A stretch of DNA of 64,000 bases from assembly GCA_963716175.1 (NCBI GenBank), contig OY970296.1:3232001-3296000 (forward strand), given 5' to 3'. The translations under genes were made by a program, and so were the position numbers. How positions within the stretch are numbered: position 1 is the stretch's first letter; the number at the start of each line of letters is the position of its first letter. A model generated the notes under the pieces. The model had not been told where the DNA came from and made no database searches. It saw nothing but the letters and a program-made list of their open reading frames with translations. This stretch comes from an uncultured Armatimonadetes bacterium (GTDB lineage: Bacteria > Armatimonadota > Hebobacteria > Hebobacterales > Hebobacteraceae). Positions 30,926 through 38,408 of the stretch are shown here, in pieces.

Positions 30926-31384
30926 ATGGAGACCAGACTGCGCCGCGCGCGGATGCAGGACGTGCCCGCGATGCAGCGCTTGATCAACTACTTCGCTGAG
31001 CGCAACGAGATGCTTCCTCGCTCCCTCAGCGAGATCTACGAGAACCTGCGCGACTACGTCGTCGCCGAGGCGGACGAGACCCCGGCCGGCTGCTGCGCTC
31101 TTCACGTCACCTGGAGCGATCTCGCCGAGATTAAGAGCCTGGCGGTGCGAGAAGACCGTCGTGGCCTGGGGCTCGGCGCCAAGCTGGTGAACGCCTGCCT
31201 GGAGGAGGGGAAAGCGCTTGGGGTCCCGCGGGTGTTCGTGCTCACCTACATCCCCCGGTACTTCGCCCGGTTCGGCTTCCGCCAGGTGGAGAAGGCGGAG
31301 CTGCCGCAGAAGGTGTGGAGCGAGTGCATCCGCTGCCCCAAGTTCCCGGATTGCGGGGAAGTGGGGATGATTCTCGATCTGTAG
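30926..31384 (+). CDS. GNAT N-acetyltransferase, short ArgA-type amino-acid acetyltransferase
   Basis: MLPRSLSEIYENLRDY, LAEIKSLAV, ELPQKVWSECIRCPKFPDC. Confidence 0.88.
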   Translation: METRLRRARMQDVPAMQRLINYFAERNEMLPRSLSEIYENLRDYVVAEADETPAGCCALHVTWSDLAEIKSLAVREDRRGLGLGAKLVNACLEEGKALGVPRVFVLTYIPRYFARFGFRQVEKAELPQKVWSECIRCPKFPDCGEVGMILDL

Positions 31385-31406
31385 GGCGGGGATTCCTATC
31401 CCCGCC
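31381..31406 (+). repeat. GTAG-type REP palindrome
   Basis: GTAG-GGCGGGGAT-TCCT-ATCCCCGCC. Confidence 0.8.
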
Positions 31407-31462
31407 TAGCGGGCTGGCAACCTAGCCGCATACCCGCCCTACAGCAAGACAAGGGGGAGAGC

Positions 31463-31912
31463 GTGGCCAAACACGTGATGGTGATCCACGGCTGCAACCT
31501 CGACCTTCTGGGTACGCGCGAGCCGGAGATCTACGGGCGGGCAACCCTGGCCGAGATTAACCGCCAGGTCGAGGCTCTGGCCCGCGAGCTGGGCCTGGAG
31601 GTCCGCATCATCCAATCCAACCACGAGGGCGAGATCATTGATGCCATCCACGAGGCCGCCGGATGGGCCCAGGGGATCATCATCAACCCCGCCGGTTTCA
31701 CCACCACCAGTGTCGGGATCCATGACGCCCTGAAAGGGGTGGGCCTGCCTGCGGTCGAGGTCCATCTCTCCAACATCCACGCCCGCGAGGAGTTCCGCCG
31801 CCACTCGCTGATCGCGGCCGCCGCTATCGGCCAGATCTCCGGTTTCGGCGGGGTGAGCTATCTGCTGGCCTTGCGGGCGTTGGCGGCGCGCTTCGCCGCA
31901 GCCCAGGGATGA
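31463..31912 (+). CDS. aroQ: Type II 3-dehydroquinate dehydratase
   Basis: HGCNLDLLGTREPEIYG, QSNHEG, IINPAG, EVHLSNIHAREEFR. Confidence 0.96.
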   Translation: MAKHVMVIHGCNLDLLGTREPEIYGRATLAEINRQVEALARELGLEVRIIQSNHEGEIIDAIHEAAGWAQGIIINPAGFTTTSVGIHDALKGVGLPAVEVHLSNIHAREEFRRHSLIAAAAIGQISGFGGVSYLLALRALAARFAAAQG

Positions 31913-32991
31913 GCGAGGCCCACCAGGCGCGGCTCGGCCGAGTGCGCGCGGGCATGGCCCAGGCCGGAGTCCAAGGCCTGGCGGTTTCCGCTCTCAGCAA
32001 CATCTTCTACCTCAGCGGGTTCCGCGGATCCTCGGGTGCGCTGCTGATCACAGCGGAGCGGGCGGTGCTGCTCAGCGATTCCCGCTATCGTCTTCAGGCT
32101 CGCGAGCAGGCCTCGGACTATGAGTTCATCGAGGTGGAGCGGCGCCTGTTCGACCGATTGGGTGAGTTGGCGAAGAGCTGGGCGGTGGCGCGCCTGGGCT
32201 ACGAGGCCGGGCATCTCACCTGCCAGCAGCGGGAGGAGCTGAGCGGAGGGGCCTCCGAGGTAGCGCTCATCTCCTGGTCCCCGCTGGAGGAGTTGCGGGC
32301 GGTGAAATCGCCCGAGGAGGTGGATCGCATCCGGCGGGCGGCCGTGCTCGCCGATCAGGCGCTTGCTCGCATCATCGGGCTGCTCCGGCCGGGGGCAAAG
32401 GAGCGGGAGGTCGCCCTCGAGGGGGAGTTTCTCATGCGCCGGGGGGGAGCAGAAGCGGTGTCGTTCGACTTCATCGTCGCCTCCGGCCCGCGGAGCGCGC
32501 TGCCCCATGCCGACACCACAGAACGGGAGCTGCAGCCAGGCGACCTGGTGGTGGTGGATATCGGAGCCCGCGTTGACGGCTATTGCTCCGACATGACCCG
32601 CACCTTCGCCGTGGCATCAGCCTCGGCTCAGGCGCGGGAGATGTACGCCTTGGTCTACCGCGCCCAGCGCGCCGGCGCCGCCGCGGTGAAGGCCGGTGCC
32701 GTCTGCGGGGAGGTGGACGCGGCCGCCCGCTCGGTGATCGAGGCCGCCGGCTTTGGCCATGCCTTCGGACATGGCCTGGGTCATGGGGTCGGCATCGAGG
32801 TGCACGAAGCCCCTCGCCTGGCGAAGGGCCAGGAGGCCAAGCTGGCCGCCGGCAATGTGGTCACAGTCGAGCCCGGCATCTACCTCGAGGGGTTCGGGGG
32901 GGTGAGGCTGGAGGACATGGTGCTAGTCACCGTCGAGGGAGCCGAGACGCTGACCGGATCGCCGATGTCGGCGCACCTGCCCATCCTGTAG
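31909..32991 (+). CDS. Xaa-Pro aminopeptidase (M24B)
   Basis: Creatinase N-domain, RAVKSPEE, SALPH, YCSDMTRT, HGLGHGVGIEVHE, EPGIY, GVRLED. Confidence 0.94.
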   Translation: MSEAHQARLGRVRAGMAQAGVQGLAVSALSNIFYLSGFRGSSGALLITAERAVLLSDSRYRLQAREQASDYEFIEVERRLFDRLGELAKSWAVARLGYEAGHLTCQQREELSGGASEVALISWSPLEELRAVKSPEEVDRIRRAAVLADQALARIIGLLRPGAKEREVALEGEFLMRRGGAEAVSFDFIVASGPRSALPHADTTERELQPGDLVVVDIGARVDGYCSDMTRTFAVASASAQAREMYALVYRAQRAGAAAVKAGAVCGEVDAAARSVIEAAGFGHAFGHGLGHGVGIEVHEAPRLAKGQEAKLAAGNVVTVEPGIYLEGFGGVRLEDMVLVTVEGAETLTGSPMSAHLPIL

Positions 32992-33075
32992 GGCGGGCAT
33001 GTCGGAGTTCACCCTGAGCGGAGTCGAAGGGCATGCCCGCCGGCCGTTCTGTAGGGCGGGCCTTCCTATGCCCGC
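32988..33075 (+). repeat. Tandem GTAG-type REPs, first with nested element
   Basis: GTAGGGCGGGCATG...CATGCCCGCC, then GTAGGGCGGGCCTTCCTATGCCCGC. Confidence 0.88.
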
Positions 33076-33101
33076 GGTTCGGAGACCGACAGGAGGAGCG
33101 A

Positions 33102-33929
33102 ATGAAGAAAAGCGCGCCCACCGCGCTTCTGCTGCTGCTCTCGGCAGCGGCTGCGCTGCCGGCCCACGCAGTGGTGCTGCGTTATGCCCCGAAGGTGGGG
33201 GTGACCAGCAAGTACCAGCTTACCATGACGGGCCAGGTAGACACTAGCCTGCAAGGCCTGGATCAGGCGATGTCCTTGGGGATAACCGGGGCGGTGCAGT
33301 ACTGCGAGACTGCGCTCTCCGAGAGCCCCGACCGGGTGCGGGTGGAGAGGCGGACCACCGGGGGCAAAGTCACCCTGAGGATGGGGGAGGATGCAGAAAC
33401 CCGGCAAGTGCCGGGCTCCAGGATGGTCGCCGACATGGACCGGCGCGGGCGCTTGCTCAAGATCGTCGAGCAGGATGGCGGCGGCAGGCCGGCTCTGGAT
33501 GACATCCTGGGAGTGAGATGGACCGATCTGGTCAACATCGGGGCCTTCCCCGAGAGCGAGGTGAAGGTGGGCGACACCTGGTCGGACCGGCTCGAGATCG
33601 CCGGAGCGGAGGGAAGCCCGGCAGTGACGCTCCGGCTCACCTCAAAGCTGCTGGAGCTGGCCACCTTCCAGGGCCGCAAGTGCGCCAAGATTCGTGTCAC
33701 ATTCGATGGCCCTCTGACCTTTGGGGCGGCGGAGGATGGGAGGGATTCGGGCTCGATGAAGGCCCTGCTGCACGGTGACGGCATCTGGTACTACGATTAC
33801 GAGAATGGCCTGTACGCGCGTGCAGAGGGTACGGTCGGCCTGAGTATGACCGCCAGCGGGTCGGGATCGCCAGGCGTGCCCATGACCACGAAGATGGCGA
33901 TGGCCCTGAAGCTGAGCCTGGCCGACTAG
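33102..33929 (+). CDS. Secreted beta-rich hypothetical protein (DUF6263-like)
   Basis: RBS AGGAGG; signal peptide ending AHA; LRY.PKVG, FPESEVKVGDTW motifs. Confidence 0.72.
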   Translation: MKKSAPTALLLLLSAAAALPAHAVVLRYAPKVGVTSKYQLTMTGQVDTSLQGLDQAMSLGITGAVQYCETALSESPDRVRVERRTTGGKVTLRMGEDAETRQVPGSRMVADMDRRGRLLKIVEQDGGGRPALDDILGVRWTDLVNIGAFPESEVKVGDTWSDRLEIAGAEGSPAVTLRLTSKLLELATFQGRKCAKIRVTFDGPLTFGAAEDGRDSGSMKALLHGDGIWYYDYENGLYARAEGTVGLSMTASGSGSPGVPMTTKMAMALKLSLAD

Positions 33930-34039
33930 GCCGGCGCGGCTGCGCCTATCGCGCTTGCTGCACCCGGCCTGGCAGAGATTGAGGGAGCGGAGAGTCCCCC
34001 CTCCCCCTTCGAAGGTTACCCAGCGTCTCGCCCTGCTCT

Positions 34040-35674
34040 TTAGCGCATGCGCAGGAACATCTGGAAATCCTGAGGATTGCTTGCCATAGCCATGGCCGCC
34101 TGAGGAGTGACCTTGGCCTGGAGCACCAGGGCTTTGAGTGCCTGGTCGAGGGTCTGCATGCCGTCCCCTGCGCTGGATTGCAGCACTGAAGGCATCTGGT
34201 GGGTCTTCCCCTCCCGGATCAGGTTGCGAATGGCCGAGGTCGCCACCAGGACCTCCTGCGCGCACACCCGGCCCTTCCCATCGGCCAGCGGCAGCAGGGT
34301 CTGGCAGATAATGCCCTCCAACACGGTCGAGAGCTGCACCCGGATCTGCTCCTGCTGGTGGGGTGGGAACACATCCACGATCCGGTCCACCGTCTGCGCC
34401 GCGCTCGTGGTGTGGAGAGTGGCGAGCACCAGGTGGCCGGTCTCGGCCGCGGTGATCGCCGCGCTGATAGTCTCCAGGTCGCGCATCTCCCCGATCAGGA
34501 TCACGTCGGGATCCTGGCGCAGCACATGCCTCAGCGCGCTCGCGAAGGTCTTGGTGTCGCTTCCCACTTCCCGCTGGATGATGATGCACTTCTCATTGCG
34601 GTGAAGGAACTCGATGGGGTCCTCGACCGTGACCACATGGCAGCGGCGGGTGACGTTTATCTCTCGGATCATCGCCGCCAGGGTGGTGGACTTGCCGGAG
34701 CCAGTAGGGCCGGTCACCAGGACCAGGCCCCGGGGCCGGGAGCAGAAGGTCTTCAGCACATCGGGCATGCCCAGCCCGTCCAGGGAAGGAGGGTCAACTG
34801 GCACCGCCCGGAACACCGCCCCCAGCGTGCCTCGCTGTCTGTGGATGTTGACCCGGAAACGGGAATGCCCCGGAACGCTGTAGGCGAAGTCCAGCTCCCA
34901 GTTCTCCTCGAACTCGGTGATCTGTTCGTCAATCAGGATGGCGTAGATCAGCTCGTGCACCTTGCGCGGGCTCAACTTCTGGGCGTTGATGGGCACCAGC
35001 TCGCCGTCAATGCGGAGCGTGGGAGCAGTGCCCGCGCCCAGGTGAAGATCGGAGGCGCGCCGTTTCATCACCTGCCGGAGGAGGTCGTCCACATGCATCA
35101 CCTCCTCCGCCTCCGCGCCCGAGGTCGCGGTCCCGGGGCTGGTACGGCGATCCTCGCCGGCCCCTGCCGCGGGCCCCCTCAGCTCTCGGGAGAGCTGGCC
35201 GTAGAAGCGATCAATGGCGGTGCGGACATCGCGCTCAGTGGCTACCATTCGCTCCAGATGCATGCCGGTGCGAGCCTGGATGAGATCGCAGGCCAGGCCG
35301 TCCAGGGGGTTGACCATGGCGAGGTGCAGCGTGGTGTCCACCTGAGACACGGGCACCACGGCGAAGCGCCGCGCCATGGACTCCGGCAGCGCCCGGATGG
35401 CATCCAGGCTGGCCGCGGCCTTGGCCAGGTCCAGCAATCTCAGCCCCAGGCTCTTGCTGATCGCCTGGGCCATATCCTCCGGCGAGATCGCCCCCAGCTC
35501 TACCAGTACGCTCCCCAGCCAGCGGCCTTGGGCCTGATGGATTGCCTGTGCCCGCTCCAGCATGTGCACGTCAACTATCCCCTCGGCCTGCAGGATCTCG
35601 GCCAGCTGTTCGCTGTCCGACCTGGCCTGCACTTTGCCCGCGCCCGGGCTGTGGTCCATTCGAATTGGTGTCAT
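34040..35674 (-). CDS. PilT-type retraction ATPase with N-terminal MshEN/T2SSE_N domain
   Basis: C-terminal PilT core (ASDLHL, GPTGSGKST, EDPIEF, QREVG, TLHT, AIRNLIRE, GMQT); N-terminal LAEIL..EGIV...WLGSVLVELG...LAMVNP. Confidence 0.88.
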   Translation of the reverse strand: MTPIRMDHSPGAGKVQARSDSEQLAEILQAEGIVDVHMLERAQAIHQAQGRWLGSVLVELGAISPEDMAQAISKSLGLRLLDLAKAAASLDAIRALPESMARRFAVVPVSQVDTTLHLAMVNPLDGLACDLIQARTGMHLERMVATERDVRTAIDRFYGQLSRELRGPAAGAGEDRRTSPGTATSGAEAEEVMHVDDLLRQVMKRRASDLHLGAGTAPTLRIDGELVPINAQKLSPRKVHELIYAILIDEQITEFEENWELDFAYSVPGHSRFRVNIHRQRGTLGAVFRAVPVDPPSLDGLGMPDVLKTFCSRPRGLVLVTGPTGSGKSTTLAAMIREINVTRRCHVVTVEDPIEFLHRNEKCIIIQREVGSDTKTFASALRHVLRQDPDVILIGEMRDLETISAAITAAETGHLVLATLHTTSAAQTVDRIVDVFPPHQQEQIRVQLSTVLEGIICQTLLPLADGKGRVCAQEVLVATSAIRNLIREGKTHQMPSVLQSSAGDGMQTLDQALKALVLQAKVTPQAAMAMASNPQDFQMFLRMR

Positions 35675-35698
35675 TGCCTTCCCTCGTAGTGCTTGCAG

Positions 35699-37105
35699 CT
35701 AGCCACGGTCGCTGGCGGCGGTCTTTGCTGGTTCACCCATCGCGCGTCGCTCCGGGCTGCGCAGTGGCAGCGCCTCCGCCGGCTCCTCCCGCAGCACCGC
35801 CTCCAGCGCCTCCACCACGGCCGGGTCGTAATAGCTGCCGGCATGAATGCGGAAGTGCGCCAGCGCCTCCTGTTCGTTCAACACCGATCCGTAAGGCCGC
35901 TCTGAGATCATGGCATCGAAGCAGTCGGCGACCTTGACGATCCGCGCCAGCAGTGGAGTCTGCTCCCCGGTCAGGCCGTCCGGATAGCCTCGGCCGTCCC
36001 AGCTCTCGTGGTGGTTGCGCACCAGGGCCAGCGCCTCTCGGCTCGGCTTGAGGGGCCGGATGATGCGGTCCCCGATCACGCAGTGCTGGCGGCAGATCGC
36101 TCTCTCCTCCTCTGTGAGCACCCCTCGCTTCAGCAGGATCTCATCCCGGACGCCGATTTTCCCCACGTCGTGCAGGGGAGCGAACACCTCAATATCCCGG
36201 ATCGCCGTCTCCGGCAGCCCCATCTGTTCGGCGACCCTTACCGCCAGGGTGGCGACCCGCTGGCTGTGGGTGGCAGCGTAGTTATCTCTCGCGTCCAGCG
36301 ACCGGACCAGCGAGCGCACTGTCGCCAGGTAGCTTTCCCTCAGCTCGGCGTGAAGCTGAGCGCTCTCCAGCGCCTTGGCTGTCATGTTGGCAAGAGTGGT
36401 CAGGAGGTTGAGATCCCCCGGCGTGAACTGTGACCTCCCGTCTTCGCGGTGCGCCGCCAGCACCCCCGCCAGTCCGTTCTTGAGCCGAAACGGAGCCGAG
36501 ATCAGATCGGCGCGCTCGTTCCAGGCCTGCACCTGGGCCTCCACATCGGTCACGGAATCGCCGCCCGTGATCAGGGGCCCGGGCCAGACCTCCTGGGGGT
36601 TGGGCGCGGTCGCTTCGTGAGGCTCGCAGTAGCTGTGCGACTGGCGGGCATACACCGGGTGACCGCTCCTGGCGTCAACCAGCACCAGGTAGGAACGGGC
36701 CGCCTGCACGCTGTCCGCCAGCGCGTCTACCGCGCGCCGCGAGATATTGTCAACATCCAGCGAACCGGCCAGCTGAGCGCTAACGGTGCACAGGCCGTCG
36801 AGCTGACGCAGCCGCTCGTCCAGGTTGTCCACCGTCGCCCGCAGCTTGCTCACCAGGCGCCGGTTGGTGTACCGCTGCTCCCGCTCCCGGCCCACCAGAT
36901 AGAGAATGGCGCACAGCACCAGCAGCCCGAGCCCGGTGACCAGCACGACTTCATCGTAGGTCATGCCCAGGGTCAGCGGCTGGTAGCCGAACGCCAGCAC
37001 CACCGCCAACCAACTGGCGAAGATCACGATGAAGCTGATCGCCGTCCAGAGGATCTCCTTCCTCTTCTCATCCGGGTCCGAGCAGTCGCGAAAGAGCCGA
37101 TGCAA
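35699..37105 (-). CDS. Membrane-anchored GAF + HD-GYP phosphodiesterase
   Basis: Two TMs, GAF region, HSQRV, LHDVGK, HHESWDGRGYPDGL, ADCFDAM...RPY; TTG start after GAGGAGG. Confidence 0.9.
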   Translation of the reverse strand: MHRLFRDCSDPDEKRKEILWTAISFIVIFASWLAVVLAFGYQPLTLGMTYDEVVLVTGLGLLVLCAILYLVGREREQRYTNRRLVSKLRATVDNLDERLRQLDGLCTVSAQLAGSLDVDNISRRAVDALADSVQAARSYLVLVDARSGHPVYARQSHSYCEPHEATAPNPQEVWPGPLITGGDSVTDVEAQVQAWNERADLISAPFRLKNGLAGVLAAHREDGRSQFTPGDLNLLTTLANMTAKALESAQLHAELRESYLATVRSLVRSLDARDNYAATHSQRVATLAVRVAEQMGLPETAIRDIEVFAPLHDVGKIGVRDEILLKRGVLTEEERAICRQHCVIGDRIIRPLKPSREALALVRNHHESWDGRGYPDGLTGEQTPLLARIVKVADCFDAMISERPYGSVLNEQEALAHFRIHAGSYYDPAVVEALEAVLREEPAEALPLRSPERRAMGEPAKTAASDRG

Positions 37106-37133
37106 GCCATTCCCTCCTCGCCCACGGGGCGGG

Positions 37134-37559
37134 CTACAGGTAGTGCTCCTCCCACGAGATCTGCGCCCACTGCGTCTTGCCCTTCCCGGGGATGGGCAAC
37201 CCGCCCCACACATCCCGGTATCTGACCGTGATGCCACCATTGGTGGTCACCACGTCGGCGCAGATGGCGCCGTAGATCTCGGCGTTACCGCTGATCTTGA
37301 CCGACTTGGCGGCGATCAGAGCGAGTGAGTCAGTGCTGGGATTGCCGGCGGTCACATTCCCGGTGATCTTGGTATTGCCAGTGGCCACGATCAACACATT
37401 GGTGTTGGTATAGTTGAAGATCACCGCCATCAGCTCAATCAGGCTGAAGCTCGGCGAGCGCCGTCTGAGTCGCCTGCTGTTGGAAAAGGTTGGTCTTTCC
37501 AGACCGCCCCGCGCGTGTGCTCCCACGCTCGTCTCACTCTCCAGGCTCTGCCAGCTCAC
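37134..37559 (-). pseudogene. Chimeric remnant: prepilin N-terminus fused to C-terminus of PilX-like beta-helix protein
   Basis: RRRSPS-FSLIELMAVI abruptly joined to FNYTNTNVLIVATGNTKITGN...IYGAI...ISWEE; hydrophobic helix cut after 10 residues. Confidence 0.6.
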
Positions 37560-37632
37560 TCCCGGGGCTAGGCGCTTCGCGCCGCCGTGGCGGTTGGCAG
37601 GGCCGAGCTAGCCACTGGCAGTCCAGGTTACG

Positions 37633-37684
37633 CGGGGATAGCAGAAGTCGCCTGTTGGTGAGGAGGTTCCTTCTGCTATCCCCG
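37633..37684. repeat. Perfect 15-bp inverted repeat
   Basis: CGGGGATAGCAGAAG-22 nt-CTTCTGCTATCCCCG. Confidence 0.8.
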
Positions 37685-37759
37685 ACAAGTCATCTGCTGG
37701 GACGTATGCTGGGAGACGGCAAGGCTCCGGGAGCCGCCCGGAGCCGCCGTCAGCCCACA

Positions 37760-38203
37760 TTACCAGGTGCTGTAAGCGTCACCGTTGATCGCGGTCAGCG
37801 TGGAACCGCTGCTCACGTCGCCGCTGGTAGCAGTGTAGCTCCACGTGGTTGAGCTAGTAGTGAAAGGATCCGCGGGCAGGTTGCCATCCGGGGTGCGGAG
37901 ATACGGTCCCTGCCAGCCGTTGACGTCCAACTGGATGCTGTTGCCACCGTTGCTGCCATCCGCCGGTCTGGTCTGCAGGTCGACGATCGCGGCCGGGTAG
38001 TCGCCGCAGTCAGCCTCGAACTGCTGGATCGCATTCCGGATCTGATGCAGGTCACCCCGCAGGGTCGCTTCCTTCGCCTTGCGGCCTGCGCCGAGCAACC
38101 GCGGAATGACGATCAGGGCCAAGATGGCGATCACCACGATCACGATCAACATCTCGATCAGGGTGAAGCCCTTGTGCTTCCGATTCACCATTCGACTCAT
38201 CAT
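37760..38203 (-). CDS. Major type IV pilin (GspG-like globular domain)
   Basis: RBS AAGGAGGTG; KG-FTLIEMLIVIVVIAILA; WQGPYL...PADPF; followed by hairpin 37715-37751. Confidence 0.85.
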   Translation of the reverse strand: MMSRMVNRKHKGFTLIEMLIVIVVIAILALIVIPRLLGAGRKAKEATLRGDLHQIRNAIQQFEADCGDYPAAIVDLQTRPADGSNGGNSIQLDVNGWQGPYLRTPDGNLPADPFTTSSTTWSYTATSGDVSSGSTLTAINGDAYSTW

Positions 38204-38311
38204 CGTCTTTCTTCACCTCCTTGGCACATGTGCCGAGTTGCTTTCATTCCTCAGGAGTGATCCCCCGCCGGGACGCGGACCGGCCCTCGTGGGGGTCCTG
38301 GCTTCTGAGAG

Positions 38312-38322
38312 CTTATTCCACA
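38312..38322 (-). promoter_or_regulatory. Candidate alternative-sigma promoter motif TGTGGAATAAG (copy 1)
   Basis: Exact 11-mer also at 51740-51750; lies between terminator and pilin gene. Confidence 0.4.
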
Positions 38323-38344
38323 GCCGGGGGCGGGATTTGAGATG

Positions 38345-38380
38345 AGAAACACCCCGCCCTCCAGGGAACGGGGTGCTTTC
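38345..38380 (-). terminator. Intrinsic terminator after sigma-GGDEF gene
   Basis: GCACCCCGTTC-CCTG-GAGGGCGGGGTGT-TTCT hairpin with short T-rich tail. Confidence 0.6.
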
Positions 38381-38408
38381 GGCTGATCGGCTCAGGCTGC
38401 GGCCTGGG

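Noticed and set aside
28990-33080. CRISPR array suggested by recurring palindromes
   Set aside because: Repeats are dispersed, not regularly spaced with unique spacers, and no cas genes are present
38312-38322. TTATTCCACA as a DnaA box / oriC
   Set aside because: Does not fit the TTATNCACA 9-mer, copies are isolated, and no dnaA or AT-rich unwinding region is present
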